Below are positions 10,089-20,651 of a stretch of 64,000 nt of DNA, in pieces. Numbering within the stretch: position 1 is the stretch's first letter; each line of letters opens with the position of its first letter. The notes below the pieces were generated by a model, which saw nothing but the letters and a program-made list of their open reading frames with translations, did not search any database and was not told the DNA's origin. Source of the stretch: Bacilli bacterium (GTDB lineage Bacteria; Bacillota_I; Bacilli_A; RF39; UBA660); assembly GCA_016283935.1 (NCBI GenBank), contig JAEENX010000007.1:13123-77122 (forward strand), read 5' to 3'. A program made the translations under genes and the position numbers.

Positions 10089-10345
10089 TATCTCCTTTCT
10101 AAAAATAAAAAAGATCTAATCATCATAAAGACGATTAGATCGTGGTACCACTTTAATTACTTCTCAAATACGTAACGTGTATTAAACGTTTAATCTTACT
10201 AATATTTCAGATTAACGACTCCCAAGCTACCTTCAATTATCTTTCTTAAGAATGTCTCTCAGTCGGTGAACATTCATTCCTGTTAAGTAGTTTTAATTTA
10301 CTCCTCTTGTTCCATGTCTTTTTCAAAACTAATATGATTATATAT
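10089..10345 (-). promoter_or_regulatory. T-box leader controlling the HD-gene/valS operon
   Basis: Minus-strand RNA contains AAUUAAAGUGGUACCACGAUC, a near-consensus T-box. It overlaps a terminator GAUCUAAUCGUC-UUUAU-GAUGAUUAGAUC plus UUUUUUAUUUUU (10100-10141). An alternative antiterminator AUUAAAG[UGGUACC]ACGAU..AUCGU CUUUAU is possible. Stem I has CUGAGAGAC. Candidate -10 is cATATATAATc at about 10337. Confidence 0.65.
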
Positions 10346-10367
10346 GTTTTATATAAAAAAAGCAAGT

Positions 10368-10396
10368 ATTCCAAATAAAAAGTAGAGTTTTTTACT
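10368..10396 (-). terminator. Intrinsic terminator of nrdDG
   Basis: AGUAGAGU-AAAAA-ACUCUACU followed by UUUUUAUUU on the minus transcript. Confidence 0.6.
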
Positions 10397-10909
10397 CTAC
10401 TTTGTTATTAACTCAATCTCACCTTTTTTTAACGATTTCGGCACATCTATAACTCTTTGATTAGAAGAACCTCTCCATTCTAATCTAAAGTCATGTAATT
10501 CATCTTTATATTGACCATCAACTAAAACATCAATATATTTAAGAACCTCTTCAGCATCTTTTCTCTTTTTTAAAACTTCAAATGTATATCCACTCCAAAC
10601 CCAAAGGTTTTTATCTGGATACATATTCTTAAAAGTTTTAGCTATTTTAGTTGTCCCATCAATATTTTTAGGATGCATTGGTTCACCACCTAAAATTGAT
10701 AAACCTTGAATATATTCTTCATTGCACAACTCCATTAGTCTTTCAATAACTTCTTCTGTTAATTCATCTCCACCTTCAAAATCCCATGTTTCAGAATTAA
10801 AGCAGTTATAACAATGGAATTCACATCCTTGTAAGAATATAGATACTCTCACACCAGGACCATCAGCAATATCCATTTTTCTAATTAAGTTGTATCTCAT
10901 GAAGATCAC
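10397..10909 (-). CDS. nrdG: Anaerobic ribonucleotide reductase activating protein (radical SAM)
   Basis: FLQGCEFHCYNCFN cysteine cluster; 170 aa; immediately downstream of nrdD. Confidence 0.85.
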   Translation of the reverse strand: MIFMRYNLIRKMDIADGPGVRVSIFLQGCEFHCYNCFNSETWDFEGGDELTEEVIERLMELCNEEYIQGLSILGGEPMHPKNIDGTTKIAKTFKNMYPDKNLWVWSGYTFEVLKKRKDAEEVLKYIDVLVDGQYKDELHDFRLEWRGSSNQRVIDVPKSLKKGEIELITK

Positions 10910-10912
10910 ATC

Positions 10913-13171
10913 CTACTTTTTCTTTTTAGTATCCTTACATTCTTTGTCTTTACATTTGCAATCTTTAACATCAACTTTGTTATCTACATGTAATACTCTT
11001 TCTTTAATTTCTTGAGTTCTACCTTTGTTCCAGAAATTAGTTCCAATGTATCCACATGTACGTCTTGCAACATTTAATGTATCATGGTTTCTATTACCAC
11101 AATTTGGACAATACCATTCTAACTTGTCATCTAATAAAATTTCTCCATCATATCCACATTGTTGGCAATAATCACTCTTTGTATTTAATTCTGCATACAT
11201 GATGTTATTGTAAATGAAATCAATAATTTCAAGTACTGCAGGAATATTGTTTTGTAAGTTTGGAGTTTCAATATATGAAATAGCTCCACCTGGTGATAAT
11301 CTTTGGAAATCAGATTCAAGTTTTAACTTAGTAAATGCATCGATTTCTTCGAATACAGGAACATGATATGAATTAGTAATATAATTTCTATCAGTAATTC
11401 CTTTAATTACACCAAATCTTTCTTTTAATCCTTTAGCAAACTTATATGTAGTTGATTCGATTGGAGTACCATATACTGAATAATCAATATTTTCAGCAGC
11501 TTTCCATTCAGCACATTTATCATTTAAGCGTTGCATAACTTTAATACCAAATTCATAACCTTTTCCACCATCAGTATGTGAATGTCCAGTCATATATTTA
11601 ACACATTCATATAAACCAGCATATCCTAATGAGATAGTAGAATATCCATTATGTAATAATTCGTGAATTGATTCACCTTTTTCTAATCTAGCTAATGCAC
11701 CATGTTGCCATAAAATTGGAGCAACGTCAGATAAAGCACTTGCTAATCTTTCATGTCTTACTTGTAATGCTCTATGACATAATTCTAGTCTTTCATCTAA
11801 GATATCCCAGAATAAATCCATATCTTTTTCAGAACTTAAAGCTACATCTGGTAAGTTAATAGTAACAACGCCTTGGTTGAATCTACCATAATATTTAGGT
11901 TTACCAGGAACATAGTTCTTAGCTTTAGCAACATTACCTTTACTAATTGATCTATCAGGTGTTAAGAAAGATCTACATCCCATACATGGATAGCAATCTC
12001 CATCACCATTTTCATTTATCTTTAATTCTTTCATTACTTTTTCTGAGATATAGTCAGGAACCATTCTCTTAGCAGTACATTGAGCAGCTAACTTAGTTAA
12101 GTAATAATATTTACCTTTCTTATTAATGTTATCTTCTTCAAGAACATATAATAATTTAGGGAATGCAGGAGTAATATAAACTCCTTTTTCATTCTTCATA
12201 CCTTCAATTCTTTGTTTTAATACTTCTTCAATGATCATTGCTAATTCTTCTTTGTATTCATCTGTTTCACCTAAATACATGTTAACTGATAAGAATGGAG
12301 CTTGACCATTTGTAGTAGTCATGGAATTAATTTGATATTGGAATGTTTGTACACCATCAGTGATTTCTTTCTTTAAATCTTCTTTAGCATACTTTTCACA
12401 ATCTTCGGCATTAAATCCACGTTTCTTATATTTTTTTAAATAACTTTCATAACTTGATCTAACAAATGGTGCTAAATGAGTTAATGTAATAGTACATCCA
12501 CCATATTGAGAAGAAGATACAGCAGTAATTAATTGAGTAGCAATTGTCATAGCTGTTAAGAATCTATGAGGTTTTTCAATCATTACTCCATTAATATTAG
12601 TTCCATTTTGTAACATATCTTCTAAGTTGATTAAGTCACAATTATGTAATGCATTTTGTGCAAAATAATCTGCATCATGGAAATGAATAATACCAGCATC
12701 ATGAGCTTTAACTACATCTTCTGGTAATAAGAATCTTCTAGTAATATCTGTTGAAGTTATACCAGCAAGGTAATCTCTTTGTACAGTAACAATCTTAGCA
12801 TTCTTATTTGAATTTTCAGTATTCCAATATTCTGATTCTCCATCAATTAATTCCTTAATTGATAAGTCAGTAGTATTAGATCTTCTAACTAATTCTCTTG
12901 TATATCTATAAGTAATATATTCTTTTGCCAATTGATATTTACCTAAAGACATAAGTCTCATTTCAATGATATCTTGAATGTCTTCTACTAACATTCTTTT
13001 CTTTTTCATATTCTCAATATATTTGATAATATTTTTAATTTGTGCAGGAGTAACTTTATCATCATCATCTACTTCTGCGTTTGCCTTTAAAATTGCGTTT
13101 TCAATTTTGGCTGGTTCGTAGTCTACTACTCTACCATCTCTCTTGATTATTTTCATATTTACCTCTCCCAA
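10913..13171 (-). CDS. nrdD: Anaerobic ribonucleoside-triphosphate reductase
   Basis: N-terminal ATP cone (KIIKRDGRVVDY), C-terminal Zn ribbon (CQQCGY...CPNCGN) and glycyl-radical motif RTCGYIG. Confidence 0.95.
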   Translation of the reverse strand: MGEVNMKIIKRDGRVVDYEPAKIENAILKANAEVDDDDKVTPAQIKNIIKYIENMKKKRMLVEDIQDIIEMRLMSLGKYQLAKEYITYRYTRELVRRSNTTDLSIKELIDGESEYWNTENSNKNAKIVTVQRDYLAGITSTDITRRFLLPEDVVKAHDAGIIHFHDADYFAQNALHNCDLINLEDMLQNGTNINGVMIEKPHRFLTAMTIATQLITAVSSSQYGGCTITLTHLAPFVRSSYESYLKKYKKRGFNAEDCEKYAKEDLKKEITDGVQTFQYQINSMTTTNGQAPFLSVNMYLGETDEYKEELAMIIEEVLKQRIEGMKNEKGVYITPAFPKLLYVLEEDNINKKGKYYYLTKLAAQCTAKRMVPDYISEKVMKELKINENGDGDCYPCMGCRSFLTPDRSISKGNVAKAKNYVPGKPKYYGRFNQGVVTINLPDVALSSEKDMDLFWDILDERLELCHRALQVRHERLASALSDVAPILWQHGALARLEKGESIHELLHNGYSTISLGYAGLYECVKYMTGHSHTDGGKGYEFGIKVMQRLNDKCAEWKAAENIDYSVYGTPIESTTYKFAKGLKERFGVIKGITDRNYITNSYHVPVFEEIDAFTKLKLESDFQRLSPGGAISYIETPNLQNNIPAVLEIIDFIYNNIMYAELNTKSDYCQQCGYDGEILLDDKLEWYCPNCGNRNHDTLNVARRTCGYIGTNFWNKGRTQEIKERVLHVDNKVDVKDCKCKDKECKDTKKKK

Positions 13172-13220
13172 TGTTTTATTTTGTTAAGAAAATTATAACA
13201 CCTATGTTTTTTATTAAATG

Positions 13221-13232
13221 TTGCAGTTGCAA
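13221..13232. promoter_or_regulatory. Perfect inverted repeat TTGCA-gt-TGCAA about 50 nt upstream of nrdD (candidate operator)
   Basis: Seen directly in the sequence; it does not match NrdR, Fnr or Rex consensus by eye. Confidence 0.2.
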
Positions 13233-13402
13233 CTTTTAGACATTTTTTAATTATTTTTATATTTAATAAAAAAAAGATAGGATTTACCCATCTTTTTTAT
13301 TGCGTTAAACTGTATTATTTTCGGCTTTTCTAAGATGAGTAATTATAATGTCTATGCCGTGTCAAATATATTTTCTTTTTCTAACAACATTGTAATACAC
13401 CA

Positions 13403-13433
13403 AATAAAAAAAGACAATAATTAAATTGTCTTT
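13403..13433 (-). terminator. Intrinsic terminator after the ABC exporter pair
   Basis: AAAGACAAU..AUUGUCUUU hairpin followed by UUUUUAUUU; a second weaker hairpin lies at 13275-13293. Confidence 0.55.
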
Positions 13434-15415
13434 TCAAATTGTGAATTATATAAATCAGCATAGAAACCATTCTTTTTCATTAACTCTTTATGGTTTCCTG
13501 TTTCAATTATATTACCATCTTTCATTACTAATATGAGATCGGCATTTTTAATAGTTGATAATCTATGAGCAATAATAAATGATGTTCTTCCAACAGTTAA
13601 TTTATCCATTGCTTTTTGAACTAATTCTTCTGTTCTAGTATCAACATTAGAAGTTGCTTCATCTAATATTAAGAATGGTGCATCTTCTAGCATACCTCTT
13701 GCAATAGTAAATAATTGTTTTTGTCCACTTGAAATAGATTCAGAATCTTTAAGTTCATAATCTAATTTATTAGGTAACGCATTTATAAAATGTGATACAC
13801 CTACAGTCTTACAAGCTTCCATGATTTCATCATCAGATAAATCTATTCTATTAAATTTAATATTATCTCTTATAGTACCTTCAAATAGCCATGTATCTTG
13901 TAATACCATACAGAATAATTCATGAATATTTTCTCTAGTTAATTCATTTGTAGATACTCCATCTATAGTTATATTACCTGAGTTAATATTATAGAATTTC
14001 ATTAATAAATTAACCATTGTTGTTTTACCAGCACCAGTTGGTCCAACAATTGCAACCTTTTGTCCAGGTTTAATCTTAGCTGAAAAATCTTTGATAATTG
14101 TTTTATTAGGAACATATCCAAATTTAACATGATCAAATACTATTTCACCTTTTACTTTAGACTTATCTAAATGTTTAGTAACATTTGTTTCGCTTTCCAT
14201 TTCTTCTTCATCTAAGAATTCAAATACTCTTTCAGATGCAGCTGCTGTTGATTGCATAGATGTCATGCTTTGAGCTATTTGAGATAATGGATTAGTAAAT
14301 AATCTAATGTATACCATAAATGCTACTATAGTACCAAATGATGTATGTCCATTAAATACAAGTAATGCTCCTACTATACATACACATACATATCCAAAGT
14401 TTCCAATAAATCCCATAAATGGTCCCATAAGTCCTGATAAGAATTGACTCATCATATTACTCTTATATAAACCTTTATTTAATTCATCAAATTCTTTCTT
14501 AGCAGAATTTATACCATTATAAGTTCTTACAATTGTATGTCCTGAATACATTTCTTCAATATATCCATTTAAATCTCCTAATATTTTTTGTTTTTGTTCA
14601 AAATATTTTTGAGATTTACTTAATATAATAAACATAAATATAAATCCAAATAAACTTGCTAATATAGCTGTTAATGCCATTATCCAATTAGTTACAAACA
14701 TCATTATTATTGAACCAATAAATAATGTTAAGTTAGTAATTAGATTAGCAAGCGATTGATTTAAATTCATATGAATTGTATCAATATCATTAGTTATTCT
14801 AGATAATATGTCTCCTGTTTCATGACTATCAAAGAACTTAAGTGGTAACTTATTTATCTTATAAGATATATTAGTTCTTAATGTTCTAGCAAAGTTATTA
14901 GAAACAGTAGCCATATTATAACCTTCTATATAACTAAATACAGATCCTAATATATATAATATTGCTAATACTATAGCTATATGTTTAATATTATCTATAT
15001 TCATTTTAGGTTTAACTAATTCATATATACTACTTGGTAATTGATCAAATAATTCAATATATGAATTTGAATCTTCTGGATTAACAGTAGATACTAATTT
15101 CATATACTCCGCTTGATCAGCCACAGTTATAGTAGTTCCATTTATAACTATATCTTCTTGTAAATTATTTTCTTTTATTTTATATAATACTTCAGTTAAT
15201 ACTTCTGTATCAGGTTTAATGCCTAATGTTATTTCATCAGTTAATTTAGATAATAACTTAGGAGCAACAATACTAAATATTGCACTTATTGCTGCAAGTA
15301 TTAATGAGAATATAATAATATTTCTCCATGTACTTAAACTTCCAAGTAATCTTTTTATTGAACCAAAGAAATTTTTAGGTTTCTCTTTTACTTGATTTCT
15401 TCCAGGTCTAGGCAT
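13421..15415 (-). CDS. ABC exporter subunit (fused TMD-NBD, ABCB type)
   Basis: Walker A GPTGAGKTT, signature SGGQKQ, Walker B ILDEATS; six TM helices N-terminal. Confidence 0.85.
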   Translation of the reverse strand: MPRPGRNQVKEKPKNFFGSIKRLLGSLSTWRNIIIFSLILAAISAIFSIVAPKLLSKLTDEITLGIKPDTEVLTEVLYKIKENNLQEDIVINGTTITVADQAEYMKLVSTVNPEDSNSYIELFDQLPSSIYELVKPKMNIDNIKHIAIVLAILYILGSVFSYIEGYNMATVSNNFARTLRTNISYKINKLPLKFFDSHETGDILSRITNDIDTIHMNLNQSLANLITNLTLFIGSIIMMFVTNWIMALTAILASLFGFIFMFIILSKSQKYFEQKQKILGDLNGYIEEMYSGHTIVRTYNGINSAKKEFDELNKGLYKSNMMSQFLSGLMGPFMGFIGNFGYVCVCIVGALLVFNGHTSFGTIVAFMVYIRLFTNPLSQIAQSMTSMQSTAAASERVFEFLDEEEMESETNVTKHLDKSKVKGEIVFDHVKFGYVPNKTIIKDFSAKIKPGQKVAIVGPTGAGKTTMVNLLMKFYNINSGNITIDGVSTNELTRENIHELFCMVLQDTWLFEGTIRDNIKFNRIDLSDDEIMEACKTVGVSHFINALPNKLDYELKDSESISSGQKQLFTIARGMLEDAPFLILDEATSNVDTRTEELVQKAMDKLTVGRTSFIIAHRLSTIKNADLILVMKDGNIIETGNHKELMKKNGFYADLYNSQFEKTI

Positions 15416-17168
15416 TTTTTAATTCCTCCTCACTTAATTGTGATAAGGCAATTTCTTTATATACCTTACATTTCTTTAATAATTCTTTATGTGTTCCTAT
15501 TCCAACACATTTACCTTCATCTAATACTATTATCTTATCAGCATTCATGATTGTACCAATTCTTTGAGCTACTATTAAATTAGTAGAATTCTTAGTGTAC
15601 TTCTTAAGTTCATTTCTTAATATAGAATCAGTTTTATAATCTAATGCTGAGAAAGTATCATCAAATATATATATTTCAGGTTTTCTAGCAATTGCTCTTG
15701 CAATAGATAATCTTTGTTTTTGTCCACCTGAAAGATTTGTACCACCTCTTGCAATATGAGCATGATATCCACCTTCCATGTTTTCAACAAACTCTTTTGC
15801 TTGAGCAACTTTAATTGCTTCTTTTACATCATCAATTGCAATCTTCTTTAATGATGATCCATATTTAACATTTTCTTCAACTGTACCAGTAAACATTACT
15901 GCCTTTTGTGGTACATAACCTATCTTATTATTTAATGTTTCAAATTTATAATCTTTAACATTTATACCATCTACTAATATTTCTCCATCAGTAGCATCAT
16001 AAAATCTAGGTATTAAATTAATTAATGTTGATTTACCAGATCCAGTTGAACCGATGAATGCAACTGTTTCACCTTTATTAGCTGTAAATGATATATTTTC
16101 TAAAATATATTCATCTGCATCTGGATATTTAAATGAAACATTCTTAAATTCGATAGTGCCTTGCTCATCAGTAGTACCTTCAAATTTACCTTCTTTAATT
16201 AATATATCTTCATCTAATACTTCATTTATTCTATTAGCACTTATTTGAGATCTAGGTGCCATCATAAATATAAATGCTAACATTAAAAATGACATGATTA
16301 CTTGCATACCATACGAAGTAAATACTACCATATTTGAAAATAATGTAATCTTATTAGCCAATGTTGAATTATATATAAGGTATGCACCTATTATATAAAT
16401 ACCAAATACTAATGAATGCATTACTAAATTCATCATTGGTCCCATAATAGCAAATAATCTTTGATTAAACATTTGAATACCTGTTAATTCTTCATTAACA
16501 TTTTCAAATCTATTAACTTGAAATTCTTCTGCATTAAATGCTCTTATAACTCTAATACCAGTTAAATTTTCTCTAGTAACACCATTCACTTTATCAATTA
16601 ATTTTTGAATAATTTTAAATCTAGGTAATACTATCATCATAAGTGCAATAACTACAGATAGTAGTAATACTACACACCCTGCAGTTAACATAGACCATTC
16701 TATACTTTTACCTACTATCTTACTAATTGCCCATATAGCCATGATTGGTGATCTTAATACCATATGTAATCCCATAGCTATTAATATTTCTATCTGAGAT
16801 ACATCATTAGTTGTTCTAGTAATTAAAGATGCAGTAGAAAATTTCTTTACTTCTGAATCTCCAAAACTTTCAACTTTATTAAATATCTTCTCTCTTAGAT
16901 TTAAACTAAATGAAGAAGATAATCTTGCTGCTGCATATCCTATTATAATTGCACTTATTAAACTACCAAATGCACATAATACCATATGAACTCCTTGAAT
17001 TAATATATCATGAGTAACATTATCTCCTGTTGATTGTATTAGTCTTGTTATCTCAGACATATAATCAGGAATTCTTAATTCTAGGCTAACGTTAACACAA
17101 GTTAATAATACACACATGATTACTATTAACCATTCTTTAAATGTGAAATTTTTAAACAATTTTAACAT
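15408..17168 (-). CDS. ABC exporter subunit (fused TMD-NBD), heterodimer partner
   Basis: GSTGSGKST, LSGGQKQR, IFDDTFSALD; overlaps its partner by 8 nt. Confidence 0.85.
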   Translation of the reverse strand: MLKLFKNFTFKEWLIVIMCVLLTCVNVSLELRIPDYMSEITRLIQSTGDNVTHDILIQGVHMVLCAFGSLISAIIIGYAAARLSSSFSLNLREKIFNKVESFGDSEVKKFSTASLITRTTNDVSQIEILIAMGLHMVLRSPIMAIWAISKIVGKSIEWSMLTAGCVVLLLSVVIALMMIVLPRFKIIQKLIDKVNGVTRENLTGIRVIRAFNAEEFQVNRFENVNEELTGIQMFNQRLFAIMGPMMNLVMHSLVFGIYIIGAYLIYNSTLANKITLFSNMVVFTSYGMQVIMSFLMLAFIFMMAPRSQISANRINEVLDEDILIKEGKFEGTTDEQGTIEFKNVSFKYPDADEYILENISFTANKGETVAFIGSTGSGKSTLINLIPRFYDATDGEILVDGINVKDYKFETLNNKIGYVPQKAVMFTGTVEENVKYGSSLKKIAIDDVKEAIKVAQAKEFVENMEGGYHAHIARGGTNLSGGQKQRLSIARAIARKPEIYIFDDTFSALDYKTDSILRNELKKYTKNSTNLIVAQRIGTIMNADKIIVLDEGKCVGIGTHKELLKKCKVYKEIALSQLSEEELKNA

Positions 17169-17233
17169 TATTATTTTCCTCTCTTATATATTCCAAAACT
17201 CTTCCATGTTTCTAATTATAACATAAAAAAATG

Positions 17234-17256
17234 AGTAAAGTACAATACTTTACTCA
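17234..17256 (-). terminator. Intrinsic terminator after the amidohydrolase gene
   Basis: GAGUAAAGU-loop-ACUUUACUC followed by AUUUUUUUAU. Confidence 0.5.
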
Positions 17257-18539
17257 CCATTTAATCTTCTTAATATACTATTAACTCTATCTCTTATTTC
17301 CATTTCCATAAAAGGTAGATATAACATATTATCTCTATAAACTATATCTCCATTTATTATAGTTTCATAAATATTATTACTATGTACATTATGTACTATA
17401 TCTACAATTAAATCATTAATTGGAAGTGTTGTTGTATGTTCTAAATCTAATACAACTAAATCAGCTTTCTTACCTACTTCAATACTACCAATTTCTTTAT
17501 CTAATCCTAATGCCTTAGCTCCATTTATAGTAGCCATCTTTAATGTTTCATATGATGAATGAACTGTAGGATCTTTATACATTCCTTTTTGTAACAAATC
17601 TACAAAGCTCATATGATAGAACATATTTAATTGATTACATGAACCAACTCCATCAGTTCCTAAACAAACATTTACATATTTTTTATATTTAGTAATATCG
17701 GCTATTCCACATCCTAAATCTAAATTACTAACTGGATTATGAACAATACTTACATCATATTTACTTAGTTTTTGAATTCCATAATCACTTATAAAAGTTC
17801 CATGTGCAAGTATAAGTTTATTTCTTAATAATCCAACACTTTCTAATGCATCAACTGGATCCATATCATAGTTTTTAATTATTCCATCTACTTCATTTTC
17901 ATTTTCACAGAAATGAATATGAATTGGCATATCTAATTTTAAAGCATAATCACTACAACGTTTTAAATATGCTTTACTACAAGTATATAAACTATGTGGT
18001 GCTATACAAAAATTAATAAGAGGATTATCTTTATATTTAACATAAGCATTTCTATAATTAGTAAAGCATTCATCACCTTTACCATTTATATCCATGAAAT
18101 TACTTCCGTATAAACATCTTATTTTAGTATCAGCAAAAGCTTGTAATGTTCCATCATTATTAATATACATTTCATTTGTACAAGTACATCCTGATTTAAT
18201 CATTTCCATACAACTAAATAAAGTTGAATAATAAATATCTTCTTCAGTTAATTTACTTTCTAGTGGCCATATTTTTTTATTTAACCAATCATCTAATGTT
18301 AGGTTATCATTTATACCTTTAAATATTGCCATGCCATGATGTGAATGACAATTAATTAAACCTGGTATAATTATTTTTTTATTAGCATATTCTATTGAAT
18401 CAAATGGACCATCATAGTCTTTTACTAATTCTTTAATAGTGTCATCTTCAATAACTATATCTAGTTTTTCACATATAGGTCTATTTTCAGCCATAGTGAC
18501 AACTGTACCATTTTTAACAACCTTTATCACACTAACCAC
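17250..18539 (-). CDS. Amidohydrolase-family metallo-deaminase (MTA/SAH-deaminase or chlorohydrolase-like)
   Basis: LINCHSHHGM metal-binding His pair, HFCEN, GTDG; 429 aa. Confidence 0.65.
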   Translation of the reverse strand: MVSVIKVVKNGTVVTMAENRPICEKLDIVIEDDTIKELVKDYDGPFDSIEYANKKIIIPGLINCHSHHGMAIFKGINDNLTLDDWLNKKIWPLESKLTEEDIYYSTLFSCMEMIKSGCTCTNEMYINNDGTLQAFADTKIRCLYGSNFMDINGKGDECFTNYRNAYVKYKDNPLINFCIAPHSLYTCSKAYLKRCSDYALKLDMPIHIHFCENENEVDGIIKNYDMDPVDALESVGLLRNKLILAHGTFISDYGIQKLSKYDVSIVHNPVSNLDLGCGIADITKYKKYVNVCLGTDGVGSCNQLNMFYHMSFVDLLQKGMYKDPTVHSSYETLKMATINGAKALGLDKEIGSIEVGKKADLVVLDLEHTTTLPINDLIVDIVHNVHSNNIYETIINGDIVYRDNMLYLPFMEMEIRDRVNSILRRLNGE

Positions 18540-18788
18540 CTTCTATTATATTTATTATATCATTTTTATAAATTATTTAAACAATTATTATAAATAAAAT
18601 TACTAAATATCCATCCAACTTCTTCATCTATTTTATTAATAGTAAATGTTTTATATCCTAGTCTATTGATTGAAGCATCACAATGATAAACAGTGTTCAG
18701 TAAATATATGGGATATATTTAGAATAATATAATACTCTTCTTTAGTTAATTGAAAATAAAAGTCCTCTGGAAATTTATTAAATAAAAA

Positions 18789-18812
18789 AAGAATTACTTT
18801 TTAGTAATTCTT
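18789..18812 (-). terminator. Intrinsic terminator
   Basis: aagaattact-tttt-agtaattctt hairpin with a U-run. Confidence 0.5.
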
Positions 18813-19652
18813 TTATTTATTTCTTCTTCTATTAATTTCTTCTCTTAAGAATTCATATGCATCAAATTCTTTTTCTTTACCAAATACTTCTGATGAACTA
18901 ATGTTAGTATTAAATCTAACATCTTCACCAAATGCATCTTCACCTTTGCCTAATAAGATGGCCATTTTAATTTTTGCATATTTATTATCTACAGCATTTT
19001 TAAACATTTGTCCATTATTACCTTTTTTTAATGAATCTCTAACTAATTCAATTAATTTTTGTTTATCATCTTTTAAGAATACTCCTGGATCTTGTTGTCT
19101 CTTTCCTATTTCTTGATATTCAGGTCTTAAAATTGCTGTATTAATAAATTGACCAATTAATAAGTTTTCAATAGTGGCTCTTATATGTCTATCAGTATCA
19201 AATAGAATTGGATTAAGCGGATCACATTCTTCATATATTTCTACATCTGGAATGCTTTCAACATCTTCTTCTACTTCTTCTACTTTTTTCATTGAACTTC
19301 TAATTAATTCAAATGCAAATAATTCAATTTTAGATAATGTTTCAGGTGCAGTTTCAAGTTGTTGTGTTTTAACACTTGCAAATGTTGCATCAGTATTAAA
19401 ACAATTCATGAACATATCATATGTATTAATTGCTTGTTCTTCTGTTAAGTTTTCTTTAGAAGCTAAGAACTTCTTAAATAGTCCTTTAGTACCATATAAT
19501 AATACTTCTTCTAAAGCATATACCTCTAACATAGATAATGTATGCATATCATTTTCATATGCTTCTTGTATTTGTTCTTTATACTCCATATTAGAATTAT
19601 ATCTAATTATACAATCATTAATCATATTAGATTGTTTGTCATTTAATTTCAT
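18813..19652 (-). CDS. Hypothetical protein (279 aa)
   Basis: ORF only; no motif recognised. Confidence 0.45.
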   Translation of the reverse strand: MKLNDKQSNMINDCIIRYNSNMEYKEQIQEAYENDMHTLSMLEVYALEEVLLYGTKGLFKKFLASKENLTEEQAINTYDMFMNCFNTDATFASVKTQQLETAPETLSKIELFAFELIRSSMKKVEEVEEDVESIPDVEIYEECDPLNPILFDTDRHIRATIENLLIGQFINTAILRPEYQEIGKRQQDPGVFLKDDKQKLIELVRDSLKKGNNGQMFKNAVDNKYAKIKMAILLGKGEDAFGEDVRFNTNISSSEVFGKEKEFDAYEFLREEINRRRNK

Positions 19653-19721
19653 TTTATTTATGCCCCTTTTGAATGACGTATATAATACAATATTTTAGAT
19701 ATTTCGTCAAATTAGAGAGGA

Positions 19722-19748
19722 AATAAAAAAAGAAGATGTTATCTTCTT
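19722..19748 (-). terminator. Intrinsic terminator ending the 21893-to-19753 operon
   Basis: AAGAAGAU-gtt-AUCUUCUU followed by a U-run. Confidence 0.5.
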
Positions 19749-19752
19749 TTCT

Positions 19753-19998
19753 CTACTTTTTATCTTTCTTAATTTTATATATAGCATATACAACTAAACT
19801 ACAACTTAATGGTCCAGCTAATGCTACATAGCTTAAAAAAGAACCTTGACTATGTTTTGTTTCTTCAGTTGCTGCTTCAGTAGTTACTTCTGCAGTTGCA
19901 GTAGTTGTTTTTGTTGTAGTTGTTTTAGCATAAATTGGAATAGTTAACACAACTAAACTAATAATAATAATACTTAATATTTTTTTCATATTATTCAC
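19753..19998 (-). CDS. Small exported Thr-rich protein with a C-terminal membrane anchor (81 aa)
   Basis: Signal peptide, KTTTTKTTTATAEVTTEAATEE linker, C-terminal hydrophobic segment plus KIKKDKK. Confidence 0.4.
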   Translation of the reverse strand: MNNMKKILSIIIISLVVLTIPIYAKTTTTKTTTATAEVTTEAATEETKHSQGSFLSYVALAGPLSCSLVVYAIYKIKKDKK

Positions 19999-20649
19999 CT
20001 AATAATTAAATATCTTACTTAATTCATCCTTTAAATCATCATAGTCAAATATAATTAAACCTACAAATGAAATAATAGATAATACATAAGAAATATTTAC
20101 TAACACATTGAATGTTGTTAATTTAAATATCATTAAACCAAATGGTATTAAAGATACTAACATATTAGTTACTATTACACCTAGATATTTCTTTGTATAC
20201 ATATTTCTAACTATAAGTGCATAAAATACACTTATTATTAATTCAGTTAAACATAATATAGGAATAACAAAGTTAGTTATTACATAGAACTTAGTTAAAC
20301 CAAATAATACTAATAGTAATACTACTAAAAGAAAAGCATATCCAGTTAATAAACTCATTGGATTTCTATGTGATCTTATTATACTTCTTACAAATAAGTA
20401 AAAAGCTACACATCCATATATTACATATTGACTCCAAGTAATCTTACTTGTTAATTGTAAATCTAGATATACATTTATAATTATTGTTACTGCTAATATA
20501 AACATTAATACTCTATTAAATGTAGTATATTTCTTTTTAACTTTAGGATATGTAGTATTTTTATCTTTACCTACTAATATACTTCCACATATAGGACATT
20601 TAACTGAAGGTGTATCAATATTAATATTACAATTATTACATGTCTTCAT
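19999..20649 (-). CDS. Polytopic membrane protein with an N-terminal zinc ribbon
   Basis: CNNCN...CPICGS followed by about five TM helices. Confidence 0.45.
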   Translation of the reverse strand: MKTCNNCNINIDTPSVKCPICGSILVGKDKNTTYPKVKKKYTTFNRVLMFILAVTIIINVYLDLQLTSKITWSQYVIYGCVAFYLFVRSIIRSHRNPMSLLTGYAFLLVVLLLVLFGLTKFYVITNFVIPILCLTELIISVFYALIVRNMYTKKYLGVIVTNMLVSLIPFGLMIFKLTTFNVLVNISYVLSIISFVGLIIFDYDDLKDELSKIFNY

Positions 20650-20651
20650 AT

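Noticed and set aside
18540-18812. About 270-nt leader upstream of the amidohydrolase gene; looked for SAM or purine riboswitch motifs
   Set aside because: No convincing match to the SAM-I or purine consensus by eye (only a weak UAGGAUAU). It contains the terminator of the upstream gene. Left as an unexplained long UTR.
19174-19698. 174-aa ORF antisense to the 279-aa gene
   Set aside because: Ser/Leu-rich low-complexity antisense translation. The same applies to the other short antisense ORFs at 16054, 18901, 27498, 29171, 29861, 34528, 38711, 39448, 44415, 45774, 45805, 51091, 52775, 53300, 54405, 56954, 58667 and 62387.
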